Shown here one piece after another: positions 22,809 through 31,201 of a DNA stretch of 54,655 nt. Made by a program: the position numbers and the translations under genes. This DNA is from Enterobacteria phage mEp021, in the sequence record MH706966; one strand, 5' to 3'. The notes below the pieces were generated by a model. It made no database searches, was not told where the DNA came from, and saw only the letters and a list, made by a program, of their open reading frames with translations. Positions within the stretch are counted from its first letter, which is position 1, and every line of letters begins with the position of its first letter.

Positions 22809-23032
22809 AGGTAAAATTCTTGCACGATCACGGTTATCCGTCATTGAAACAGGTTGTTGGTAAGGTCGTTGATGTCGTTCATAGCGATGATGTCACTTGC
22901 ATGATTAACGGTGCTGATCTAATTGCCGCTGGTGCTGATGACCATTACATAAATCCAGCGTGGTCGTATACGTTTAGCCTGGGCGACTTCGTTGGCGACA
23001 AGGGGCGCGGGCTGGAAGTGGTCGAGGGTTAA
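22805..23032 (+). CDS. Hypothetical protein (75 aa)
   Basis: ATGA overlap with the upstream gene. Confidence 0.45.
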   Translation: MKVKFLHDHGYPSLKQVVGKVVDVVHSDDVTCMINGADLIAAGADDHYINPAWSYTFSLGDFVGDKGRGLEVVEG

Positions 23033-23036
23033 CATC

Positions 23037-23285
23037 ATGGACGTTTACGAAGATCTATACCTCCAGACAAACACCAACACTTTTTATTTTCTTAAAAACG
23101 GCGTCGTGTATCGCAGTGACGACGGGGTGATAATGAAAGAGTGGTTATTTAAGCGTGAAGACCTACTCGACGATCTGGTTTTTGCCGGTGTATTTCGTAA
23201 ACGTCCGGCTAACCTGGAAGAAGAAATGTTGATTGAGGTTATTAAAAATGAAAATCAGGGTAAGTTATTTCCGGGCGAAAGATAA
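23037..23285 (+). CDS. Hypothetical protein (82 aa)
   Basis: Trimmed to the first ATG after the upstream stop. Confidence 0.45.
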   Translation: MDVYEDLYLQTNTNTFYFLKNGVVYRSDDGVIMKEWLFKREDLLDDLVFAGVFRKRPANLEEEMLIEVIKNENQGKLFPGER

Positions 23286-23499
23286 GGCAACAGGAAAGCA
23301 GGTGGCGATCCTGGTTAACGAGGCGCAGTACATGTTTGTCCTTCAGCCGTGGTGTATGGCTGACTATAGCAGTGATTATCGCCGTCATGCTGCGCGGAGT
23401 GCGGTAGGGATGAAGGGATGGCAACCGCGCGACATGGAAAACTATTGTGAATGGAAATTAGTAGCAAAATACACGGTCGATTATAAAGGGGTTTTCTGA
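23248..23499 (+). CDS. Hypothetical protein (83 aa)
   Basis: RBS GAGG 9 nt upstream. Overlaps the previous gene by 38 nt. Confidence 0.4.
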   Translation: MKIRVSYFRAKDKATGKQVAILVNEAQYMFVLQPWCMADYSSDYRRHAARSAVGMKGWQPRDMENYCEWKLVAKYTVDYKGVF

Positions 23500-23571
23500 T
23501 TAATGTCACTTTCCTGGACGATGCGCGAAACAGGGGCCAAATGGCCCCATTAAACCAGAAGGGGTGGGATC

Positions 23572-23871
23572 ATGAAAAGCGATAAATTCATTGCGTGCTG
23601 TTTTGTCGAAGTTCCTAATGATGATGTTTTCTACAATTATGAATTTAAAGACAGTTGGGGCGGATCTCATGTTGTAGTTGGCAAGCGCGGCGACTGGTTA
23701 TATATCACTGATGGTGACAGGATCTTCACTAAAAACCAGTTGTTAAGAATAAAGGCAGAAAATAATGAAATACCAGTTGGTAATATGGGGATTATGAACT
23801 ACCACGCCTGCCTATGTTTAAAGCAAGATGCGGTAAATAAAGCGCGTAGCTTACCTGGTGCGGAGTTTTAA
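23572..23871 (+). CDS. Hypothetical protein (99 aa)
   Basis: RBS AGGGGTGGG. Confidence 0.5.
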   Translation: MKSDKFIACCFVEVPNDDVFYNYEFKDSWGGSHVVVGKRGDWLYITDGDRIFTKNQLLRIKAENNEIPVGNMGIMNYHACLCLKQDAVNKARSLPGAEF

Positions 23872-23873
23872 TT

Positions 23874-24047
23874 ATGGTTGTGTTCAGGCTATGGCGCGGT
23901 GTTAGTCGTACCGATGGCACGTACAGCCGCGTGATTGAAGATGTAAATCGTGGGCGTTTTTATGAACTGGCATACAATGAGGGAATGGGAAATACATATT
24001 TTGATGAATCTATCCATATGTGGCGGAAGATGGCTGGTGAAGGTTAG
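23874..24047 (+). CDS. Hypothetical small protein (57 aa)
   Basis: Not in the track. RBS GGAG 8 nt upstream. Confidence 0.35.
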   Translation: MVVFRLWRGVSRTDGTYSRVIEDVNRGRFYELAYNEGMGNTYFDESIHMWRKMAGEG

Positions 24048-24053
24048 CGACCT

Positions 24054-24230
24054 ATGAACGAGATTGAAGACGGTATCTATTTACACAAGGTATTTAACAT
24101 CACCTATTTACTTAGAGGTGAATCGGTGATGATAAGACCTGATGATGATCCGTATTGGGAATCAAGCGACATGGATCGGTGGCATATGCAAACATTACTA
24201 AATAATGGCCTGATATATAGAAAGCCGTAA
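24054..24230 (+). CDS. Hypothetical small protein (58 aa)
   Basis: Not in the track. Fills the gap before the late promoter region. Confidence 0.35.
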   Translation: MNEIEDGIYLHKVFNITYLLRGESVMIRPDDDPYWESSDMDRWHMQTLLNNGLIYRKP

Positions 24231-24238
24231 AGCCGTAT

Positions 24239-24267
24239 TTGTAGAGCGTAAACAAACAGATTAAAAT
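24239..24267 (+). promoter_or_regulatory. Candidate late promoter pR'-like (TTGTAG-17-TAAAAT)
   Basis: The only good sigma70-like promoter in the gap directly upstream of the lysis cassette, followed about 30 nt later by a strong terminator. Confidence 0.4.
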
Positions 24268-24295
24268 ATTACCTAACAATGCGAAATTGTAATTA

Positions 24296-24317
24296 CCCGG
24301 CCCCGCGCCGGGTTTTT
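24296..24317 (+). terminator. Rho-independent terminator (tR'-like) between the late promoter and the holin gene
   Basis: CCCGGC-CCCGC-GCCGGG followed by TTTTT. Confidence 0.6.
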
Positions 24318-24337
24318 GCTTTGTTGGAGGTAAATCT

Positions 24338-24538
24338 ATGTTCGACAGAATACGGGAGGCGTGTGCGTATGTGACTGGGGCCGTAACTGCTTTTTTCGGC
24401 GCTATAACCATCAATGACGTCGCTGTTTTCGTTGGTATCTTATCAACCATAGGCACATTTGCCGTTAATTATTACTTCAAATCACAGGAGAACAAGCGGG
24501 CGCAAGAGGAACACGACGCGCGAATGGGGAATAAGTAA
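24338..24538 (+). CDS. Class II holin (pinholin-like, two TM domains)
   Basis: 66 aa with two hydrophobic helices and a charged C-terminus. Immediately precedes a SAR endolysin, as in phage 21. Confidence 0.7.
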   Translation: MFDRIREACAYVTGAVTAFFGAITINDVAVFVGILSTIGTFAVNYYFKSQENKRAQEEHDARMGNK

Positions 24539-25030
24539 ATGATTAGCCAATCGCTGAAAAACAAGATTGTTGCGGCGGCGGCTGGTGGGGCGATCGCTAT
24601 TGCGGCGGTGATGATTAAGCCATTAGAGGGCGTGGAATACGATCCTTATCGTGATGTTGTTGGCGTATGGACTGTTTGCTACGGTCACACCGGAAAAGAC
24701 ATCATGCTTGGGAAGACTTACACGCAATCAGAATGCGATGCTTTGTTGAACAAAGATCTACATAAGACCGCAAAAGCGATTGACCCATATATCAAAGTCG
24801 AAATATCAGATTTTACCCGCGCTGCACTTTATTCATTCGCCTATAACGTAGGCGCAACCAACTTCAAAACATCAACCTTATTAAAGCTACTCAATGACGG
24901 CAAGAAATCAGAGGCGTGCGCACAGCTTAAGCGCTGGGTATACGCTGGCGGTAAGAAGTGGCAAGGCCTGGTTAACCGCCGCGAGGTTGAATATGCCGTT
25001 TGCGAATGGGGTGAGAAATGGACAAGGTGA
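24539..25030 (+). CDS. SAR endolysin (T4-lysozyme/GH24 fold, phage 21 R-like)
   Basis: 163 aa. The N-terminal Gly/Ala-rich signal-anchor-release segment [15 protein letters not shown] is followed by [33 protein letters not shown], close to my recollection of R21. Confidence 0.9.
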   Translation: MISQSLKNKIVAAAAGGAIAIAAVMIKPLEGVEYDPYRDVVGVWTVCYGHTGKDIMLGKTYTQSECDALLNKDLHKTAKAIDPYIKVEISDFTRAALYSFAYNVGATNFKTSTLLKLLNDGKKSEACAQLKRWVYAGGKKWQGLVNRREVEYAVCEWGEKWTR

Positions 25031-25488
25031 AGACGTTAATCATCGCCGTTGTTGTTTGCATTATTGCCGGACTGATCGCCGTAACGTGTTATTACCAGGG
25101 TGAAACGGCAAGGTTACAGGAAGAAGTCACGGTGACGAAAGGCGCACTGAAGACAGCAAGTAACACTATTCAGCAGATGAAGGAGCGAAACGCCGAACTG
25201 TCAAAACTTGATAAGAGGTATCACGATGAGATTAAAGCTATCAGATCTGACATTGCCGATCTGCGCACTGGCATTGATAACGGTACTATCAGGCTGCGCG
25301 TCAACGCCGTGCCAATGCGAACAGACAGTAATACCGGAACCTCCAGCCGCATTGATGGAGCCACCTGCGAACCTACTGCCGACGCTAAATCGGCTTATCT
25401 ATCCCTCAGAGAACAACTAAAAATAAAAGACGCACAGATCACTGGCCTACAGGACTACATCAAAACGCAGTGCTTACGCAAAGAATAA
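25018..25488 (+). CDS. i-spanin Rz
   Basis: 156 aa with an N-terminal TM anchor and coiled coils. Overlaps the endolysin end. Confidence 0.8.
   Translation: MDKVKTLIIAVVVCIIAGLIAVTCYYQGETARLQEEVTVTKGALKTASNTIQQMKERNAELSKLDKRYHDEIKAIRSDIADLRTGIDNGTIRLRVNAVPMRTDSNTGTSSRIDGATCEPTADAKSAYLSLREQLKIKDAQITGLQDYIKTQCLRKE
25226..25420 (+). CDS. o-spanin Rz1 (lipoprotein embedded in Rz, +1 frame)
   Basis: [24 protein letters not shown] lipobox, Pro-rich mature part. RBS AAGAGG. Confidence 0.75.
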   Translation: MRLKLSDLTLPICALALITVLSGCASTPCQCEQTVIPEPPAALMEPPANLLPTLNRLIYPSENN

Positions 25489-25824
25489 CAGCGCGTGGAC
25501 GTGTCGCCGTTTCCGCCAGCCAGCCATAACCGGGCCAATCCTTCCCGCGAGCGACGGCAGAAATTCAAAAACACGTAATACCGGATCAACAGTCCCATTA
25601 ACAGGTCAGGCGCTACCTGGGTAGAAGAAAGCGTCATTACTCACCTGCCATGCGTAGGACGAGCGCCCGGATCTGTTTATCAGAGATGTTAAGCAGGTCC
25701 AGATTTATAAAATTCTGGAAACGGTACTCATGCAGCGCCGTTTTCAGTGTTTTATAGCTGTTTTCACTCCCTGCGGTGTCCAGTTTTGCGGGGGTTATAT
25801 TTTTCAGGATAGAGGAATATTCTG

Positions 25825-26409
25825 ATGGCTAAGGGTAAAGGCATTAAGTTGCCTCAATTCAAAGTTCCGCTCTTTGAGCATACAACAGTTTTCTTCTGCC
25901 CGACCCGCGACATGTTTTATGAATTTTGCGAAAGGGCCGGAATACCAATCGAACCTGATTTCGAACTGGCAGGAGGATTAACGCTTACTTGTACTGGTGA
26001 GAAAGGCGGTAATTTCTATGTGATCGCAGTATTCGACAATGAGTTAGGTACGCTGGTACACGAATGCGCTCACACTACATTCCACGTTCTAAGCGATGTA
26101 GGTGTCGTGGCAACCACTGATCCAACTCATCCGGCAAACGAGACATATGCTTACATGGTAGGCCGTATCTTTGACGCATTCTTCCCAATCCTGGCAGAGT
26201 CAAACGAAGCACAGATTGCAGCAATGCAGGCGGCTGAAGTTGTCGAGAAGGCATTAGATCAGGCAGAAAAGGCGACTGATGCAGCAGAGCAAGCAGTAAA
26301 ACAGGCAGAGGAACCGAAAGAAGAGAAAAAACCAGTTAAGAAAGGCAAACGTAAGCCTAAAGCAAAAGAGGCGCTTGTGCCGCGTGTTATGAGATTTAAA
26401 CGGGGGTGA
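25825..26409 (+). CDS. Hypothetical protein with an HExxH motif (HECAH) and a lysine-rich coiled-coil tail
   Basis: 194 aa with the RBS AGAGGAA. ELGTLVHECAHTTFHVL resembles a zincin active site. Confidence 0.55.
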   Translation: MAKGKGIKLPQFKVPLFEHTTVFFCPTRDMFYEFCERAGIPIEPDFELAGGLTLTCTGEKGGNFYVIAVFDNELGTLVHECAHTTFHVLSDVGVVATTDPTHPANETYAYMVGRIFDAFFPILAESNEAQIAAMQAAEVVEKALDQAEKATDAAEQAVKQAEEPKEEKKPVKKGKRKPKAKEALVPRVMRFKRG

Positions 26410-26411
26410 TT

Positions 26412-26486
26412 ATGATTGACCCGCTCATTATCCTTTCTGCCTGTGTCGCTGTATGGCTGGCGATCATGATATTCATCGAAAGCTGA
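26412..26486 (+). CDS. Mini single-TM peptide 1 (24 aa) MIDPLIILSACVAVWLAIMIFIES
   Basis: Not in the track. RBS GGGGGTGA. Confidence 0.4.
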   Translation: MIDPLIILSACVAVWLAIMIFIES

Positions 26487-26496
26487 AGGTGTTCAC

Positions 26497-26577
26497 ATGA
26501 ACGCATACGAAATGCTATTGCTGGTGGCTGTAGTTGTAGTCATTGCCGTTGATTTCTATCGAGGGTTTAAAAGATGA
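26497..26577 (+). CDS. Mini single-TM peptide 2 (26 aa) MNAYEMLLLVAVVVVIAVDFYRGFKR
   Basis: Not in the track. RBS AAGGTG. Confidence 0.4.
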   Translation: MNAYEMLLLVAVVVVIAVDFYRGFKR

Positions 26578-26645
26578 AAGAAGCAGACTTCTTTTGCATG
26601 ATTGTAGTGATCGTCATCATTGCGGTGATTTTAAACCTTAGTTGA
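26574..26645 (+). CDS. Mini single-TM peptide 3 (23 aa) MKEADFFCMIVVIVIIAVILNLS
   Basis: Not in the track. ATGA overlap with peptide 2. Confidence 0.4.
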   Translation: MKEADFFCMIVVIVIIAVILNLS

Positions 26646-26662
26646 ATCGCAGGGGGTTGAAA

Positions 26663-26731
26663 ATGAAATGGCTTGATTTCTTTTTCCTGATTGTTGCGAT
26701 TGTTCTAACCATGACCGCGCTTGCTCAATAG
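26663..26731 (+). CDS. Mini single-TM peptide 4 (22 aa) MKWLDFFFLIVAIVLTMTALAQ
   Basis: Not in the track. RBS AGGGGG. Confidence 0.4.
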   Translation: MKWLDFFFLIVAIVLTMTALAQ

Positions 26732-26800
26732 GTTATGGCTTGGACGCGCATTTTATGCGCTTCCTAAACTTAGTAAGCCAAAGAAAGAGAATGGCAAACA

Positions 26801-26884
26801 ATGAAATATCTATCCAGTTGGTTTGGTGTATCAATATACTTCGCAACATTAATCGAGTGTTTATATATAGTGAATAAATTTTAA
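26801..26884 (+). CDS. Possible mini hydrophobic peptide 5 (27 aa) MKYLSSWFGVSIYFATLIECLYIVNKF
   Basis: Not in the track. Weak RBS. Confidence 0.25.
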   Translation: MKYLSSWFGVSIYFATLIECLYIVNKF

Positions 26885-26894
26885 GAGGTGAATT

Positions 26895-27380
26895 ATGGCC
26901 CGCACTAAAAAGGCAAAGGCTGACGATAAAAAGACAGCCGCAAAAAGGGTGGGCCGTCCGCATGGTTATACCGAAGAAAAGGCATTAGAGATCTGTGAGC
27001 TGGTGGCGGACGGTCAAAGTATTAACAAGATTTCGAAGATGCCTGATATGCCTGCGCGTTCAACAATCCTTAAATGGTTCAGAGACGTGCCAGAGTTCTC
27101 GGACATGTACATACGCGCGAAGGAGATCGGTTTTGAGGTATTGGCTGATGAGATCATAGATATAGCAGATGCAGCGGAGAACATTGATAAAGACGAATGC
27201 CGCCGCCATCAACTGATGATTGAAACGCGTAAATGGCTATTGGCAAAACTGCAACCGCGTAAATATGGTGAACGCGTCACGCAGGAAATCGTTGGTAACA
27301 GGGAGGAAGCACCCGTCCAGGTAGAAGTCACGAAAGAAGAGATCGCCCGCATCGTCCAGGAAGTAGAAGACGAGGTGTGA
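26895..27380 (+). CDS. Terminase small subunit
   Basis: 161 aa. N-terminal basic HTH (GRPHGYTEEKALEICELVADGQSINKISK). Overlaps the start of the large subunit. Confidence 0.75.
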   Translation: MARTKKAKADDKKTAAKRVGRPHGYTEEKALEICELVADGQSINKISKMPDMPARSTILKWFRDVPEFSDMYIRAKEIGFEVLADEIIDIADAAENIDKDECRRHQLMIETRKWLLAKLQPRKYGERVTQEIVGNREEAPVQVEVTKEEIARIVQEVEDEV

Positions 27381-28861
27381 TTATGTTGACAATCAAAGAA
27401 CGAGTTATTCAGTCCAAATGTGAAAACGATGGCCTGTTTTTCAATCGCTATTTCTATAAACAAGCGAATGGAACGAAGATGTTAATCTCAGGCCATCATT
27501 TAGCTATCCGTGATGCACTACAACGCGTTATTAATGGTGAGATAACCCGCCTCATCATTAACATTCCCCCAGGGTACGGTAAAACCATGATCGCAACTAT
27601 CAACATGATGGCGCGGTCCCTCGCAATAAATCCCCGCACAAGATTCCTTCACGTTTCCTATTCCAACAACCTGGCGCTACTCAATTCCTCTACTGTAAGA
27701 AACATGATCTGTACGCCTGAATATCAGGCAATGTGGCCCATGAAGATCCGCAACGATGCAAACTCCAAATCGATGTGGTGGACCGAATACGGTGGCGGCG
27801 TGTATGCAACGTCATCACTTGGTCAGGTGACTGGGTTCCGTGCGGGGTACATGGAATCAGGATTTAACGGCGCGTTAATCATCGACGACCCATTAAAACC
27901 CGCTGACGCTTACTCTGACGTGGTGAGAAAGCAGGTAAACACCAACTATAACGACACACTTGCTTCACGTCTGGCAGTGCAAACAACGCCTGTTATCGTC
28001 ATCATGCAGCGCATCCACTACGATGATTTGTCCGGCTACCTGCTACGCGGTGGGAGCGGTGAAAAGTGGTATCACCTTAACCTGCCAGTGAAGATCGACA
28101 ACAGCATCGACTACTGGGATCTGTACCCTGAAAACGAGTTCGCCATCCCTATCGCTCACAACCTGCCAGATGGCTGGCTATGGCCTAAAAAGCACAATGA
28201 CAACCACGAAGCAGGACTGAAGGCACACAGAAGGTCATTCGAGGCCCAGTACATGCAGCGCCCGCGTAAATTCGACGAAGAGGGTGCATTGTGGACTGAA
28301 GCGATGATAACCGCCGCGCACCGGATGCAGATAACGCAGGAGAAAATTCGCACTGTGATAGCCATCGACCCGGCGACAACGTCATCTGATGAATCAGACG
28401 AAACAGGGATCGTGGCGTGTTCCGCTTATGGTGGCGGTAAGAATGCTCAGTATTCTGTTGATGGCGACTACTCAGGCCGCATGTCTCCTAACGACTGGGC
28501 GCAAGCCTCAATGAACGCCTACAACATCCATGAAGCTGACGCGATAGTTATCGAAACAAACCAGGGCGGCGAAATGGCAGAGGCCACGCTACGCAATGCA
28601 GGATTTAAAGGCCGCATTGTTAAGGTGCACGCAAGTAAAGGTAAATTCGCCCGCGCCGAACCAATATCAGCACTATATGCACAGGGCAGAGTAGCCCACA
28701 CTGGCAGCCTGTACACGCTGGAAAATCAAATGATGGAATACGTGCCAGCTACCGCTAAAAAATCCCCTGACCGTATGGACGCTATGGTGTGGGGCATCAC
28801 TGAACTAAGCCAACCACAGGCAATGGGCCTCATGTTACCGAAGCGCCTGCGCGGATTTTAA
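27377..28861 (+). CDS. Terminase large subunit
   Basis: 494 aa. Walker A-like PPGYGKT, Walker B LIIDDP and a C-terminal RNaseH-like nuclease region (IAIDPA...DETGIV). Confidence 0.9.
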   Translation: MIMLTIKERVIQSKCENDGLFFNRYFYKQANGTKMLISGHHLAIRDALQRVINGEITRLIINIPPGYGKTMIATINMMARSLAINPRTRFLHVSYSNNLALLNSSTVRNMICTPEYQAMWPMKIRNDANSKSMWWTEYGGGVYATSSLGQVTGFRAGYMESGFNGALIIDDPLKPADAYSDVVRKQVNTNYNDTLASRLAVQTTPVIVIMQRIHYDDLSGYLLRGGSGEKWYHLNLPVKIDNSIDYWDLYPENEFAIPIAHNLPDGWLWPKKHNDNHEAGLKAHRRSFEAQYMQRPRKFDEEGALWTEAMITAAHRMQITQEKIRTVIAIDPATTSSDESDETGIVACSAYGGGKNAQYSVDGDYSGRMSPNDWAQASMNAYNIHEADAIVIETNQGGEMAEATLRNAGFKGRIVKVHASKGKFARAEPISALYAQGRVAHTGSLYTLENQMMEYVPATAKKSPDRMDAMVWGITELSQPQAMGLMLPKRLRGF

Positions 28862-28918
28862 AATCTGCCTCACAATCACCCGCAAGTTTTTCTATTTTTC
28901 GCGTAGCAACGCGTAAAC

Positions 28919-30310
28919 ATGTATTCAGGAGTAAACATTATATTGCGTTTATTAGATTTGGCGGTTAATGCTGCCTTGTCACAACGTCAGGCGGCCTATG
29001 CCCGCTATGCAGCCGCCAACCCATTCACTATGGGGATAGATGCCAAACGAGATACTGCATGGAGTGAATACGGATTCAAGGAAGAAATCACGTATGACGA
29101 CCTGTACAAACTGTATAGACGCGGTGGTATTGCTCACGGTGCTATTGAGAAAATCATCACGACTTGCTGGCGCACCAGGCCAACGATGATCGAGGGAACA
29201 GAAGACGAGAAAGCGGAAACGGAAACACCCTGGGAAAGAGACATCAAGAAACAGTTTGATAACAGATTTTGGCGCACCATTGCCGAATGTGACCGCCGCC
29301 GCCTCATTGGTCGTTATGCTGGCCTGTTGATTCATGTCAGAGATAGCAAGCCGTGGGATCAGCCAGTGACAAAAGGCGTGGGTATTGCCAAATTTACCCC
29401 GGTATGGGCTGGCGCTCTCACACCGAAGGAGTTCGAAGAAGACCCTAACAGTGAAAACTATGGCCTGCCTACATGGTGGGAATACAAAGAGCGCATAAAC
29501 AGCAAGACCATTGCCAGAAAGATCCACCCTGACCGCATATTTATCTTTGGTGACTATTCTGATGATGCCATCGCCTTCCTTGAACCGTCCTATAACGCCT
29601 TTGTGTCACTTGAGAAAGTGGAAGGCGGTAGCGGTGAATCATTCCTGAAAAACGCTGCCCGCCAGTTAGCTATCTCGTTCGATAAAGAGATTGACTTCCG
29701 CTCCCTTGCTGCAACATACGGATGCGACGTCACAGAGCTACGCGAAAGATTCAATGAGGCTGCGGCTGAAATGAATAAGGGTAACGATGTGATGATGGCA
29801 TTACAGGGGGCGACAGTAAGCCCGCTGGTGACTGCCGTATCTGACCCGTCGGCAACCTATGACGTCAACCTGCAAACCGCCGCCGCTGGTATTGATATTC
29901 CAACCCGCATCCTGGTTGGGAACCAGCAGGGGGAACGCGCATCAACCGAAGACCTCCGCTACTTCAACAGTCGCTGCATGACCCGCAGGGAGGAAATCGG
30001 GGGTGAGCTTGAAGATCTGTTTCGCAAGATGGCAGATCTCCGCCTTATCAGTATGCCAGTCGATGTATCAGTTTTATGGGACGACCTGAACGCCATGACC
30101 AAAGCCGAACTACTGGAAGCGGCATACAAAATGGCACAAATCAATCAGGCTTGTCTGGCTACTGGTGAAGAAATATTTAGCGGTGATGAGATCCGCGAGG
30201 CTGCCGGATACGATGGCCCTGCCAGTGTAGTAGAAACGGAAGAGGAAAACGATGATGAAGGTGAAGAAGATAATCAGGCGAATACCTCCAGCCGCGATAA
30301 TGCCATCTAA
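28919..30310 (+). CDS. Portal protein (start codon uncertain)
   Basis: 463 aa directly after terminase, with an acidic C-terminus. Resembles DUF1073-type portals from memory. Confidence 0.8.
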   Translation: MYSGVNIILRLLDLAVNAALSQRQAAYARYAAANPFTMGIDAKRDTAWSEYGFKEEITYDDLYKLYRRGGIAHGAIEKIITTCWRTRPTMIEGTEDEKAETETPWERDIKKQFDNRFWRTIAECDRRRLIGRYAGLLIHVRDSKPWDQPVTKGVGIAKFTPVWAGALTPKEFEEDPNSENYGLPTWWEYKERINSKTIARKIHPDRIFIFGDYSDDAIAFLEPSYNAFVSLEKVEGGSGESFLKNAARQLAISFDKEIDFRSLAATYGCDVTELRERFNEAAAEMNKGNDVMMALQGATVSPLVTAVSDPSATYDVNLQTAAAGIDIPTRILVGNQQGERASTEDLRYFNSRCMTRREEIGGELEDLFRKMADLRLISMPVDVSVLWDDLNAMTKAELLEAAYKMAQINQACLATGEEIFSGDEIREAAGYDGPASVVETEEENDDEGEEDNQANTSSRDNAI

Positions 30311-31196
30311 CACAGAAGACCCTACCATGACAGGGAAGTTAAGGTCAGGCGCTATCAAGCGTTTTAAAGCCTGCCTTAAGAAAGTGGCGGATCCATATAT
30401 TGCCATACTGGACAGAATGCAATACAGCCTTGCTGTTAATAAGAAATACACCTTTCAGATCTACATTGACGAATTACATGACTTACTGGAAGACGCCAGC
30501 GACATGATTGATGAGATATTCGAGTTAACAGACCCGGAAAACTTCTGGTTCTGGCAAGAATATGTGAAGGTGGCATATCAACGCGGCACTTCTCAGGAAT
30601 ATGCCAACCTCGCTAATCAGTCAGTCACATATTCCAGGGCTTATCCTGAAGTGTCAGCGGTATTAACCAGCCAGACCTATCGCACGCGTCTTGCCCTGGT
30701 CCGTACCCGTGTATTTGAAGAGATGCGCGGGCTGACGGCACAGATCAAGAAGGATATGGCCCGCCGATTAACTGAAGGCATGGCCCGTGGTTTAAACCCG
30801 CTTGAAATAGCGCGTACATTGCAGCAGGAAACGCAATTACCGCTATACAGGTGCAAACGTATTGCCCGTACTGAAATATGCACAGCGTTACGCACAGCGC
30901 GTATGGATGAGGCAGAAGCGGCGACGGAAGAGCTTAACTTGCGCACTATGCAAATGCACATTTCGGCATTGTCACCGACTACCAGGCTATCACACGCACA
31001 GCGACACGGGAAAACATACACCATAGAAGAGCAGCGCGAATGGTGGAGTAGATCCCCTAATTCAATTAACTGCAAATGTAGCACTATTACCGTGATGGTT
31101 GATGAGTCTGGTAATATATTAAACAAACGAATATTAGATCGGGCGCAAGAAAACTATAAGGTTGCGCACGCTAAATATGGCGAAGATTGGGAGTAA
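30300..31196 (+). CDS. Head morphogenesis protein (Mu F / SPP1 gp7 family)
   Basis: Trimmed to the ATG overlapping the portal stop. Position and size are typical. Confidence 0.7.
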   Translation: MPSNTEDPTMTGKLRSGAIKRFKACLKKVADPYIAILDRMQYSLAVNKKYTFQIYIDELHDLLEDASDMIDEIFELTDPENFWFWQEYVKVAYQRGTSQEYANLANQSVTYSRAYPEVSAVLTSQTYRTRLALVRTRVFEEMRGLTAQIKKDMARRLTEGMARGLNPLEIARTLQQETQLPLYRCKRIARTEICTALRTARMDEAEAATEELNLRTMQMHISALSPTTRLSHAQRHGKTYTIEEQREWWSRSPNSINCKCSTITVMVDESGNILNKRILDRAQENYKVAHAKYGEDWE

Positions 31197-31201
31197 TAAC
31201 C

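Noticed and set aside
24112-24456. 114-aa minus-strand ORF spanning the late promoter region and the holin start
   Set aside because: It lies antisense to the holin gene and to two coupled plus-strand ORFs. It crosses a terminator hairpin and has no RBS.
25637-25815. Minus-strand open frame encoding ...LKTALHEYRFQNFINLDLLNISDKQIRALVLRMAGE (sigma-region-4/LuxR-like HTH look)
   Set aside because: There is no ATG, GTG or TTG start in frame between the upstream TAG and the stop. It is possibly a decayed gene remnant, but I cannot support it as a CDS. The overlapping track ORF 25455-25637 looks like noise.
26733-26963. 76-aa minus-strand ORF overlapping the terS start
   Set aside because: It is antisense to the terS RBS and start and to the candidate fifth mini-ORF. 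It has no RBS and no motif.
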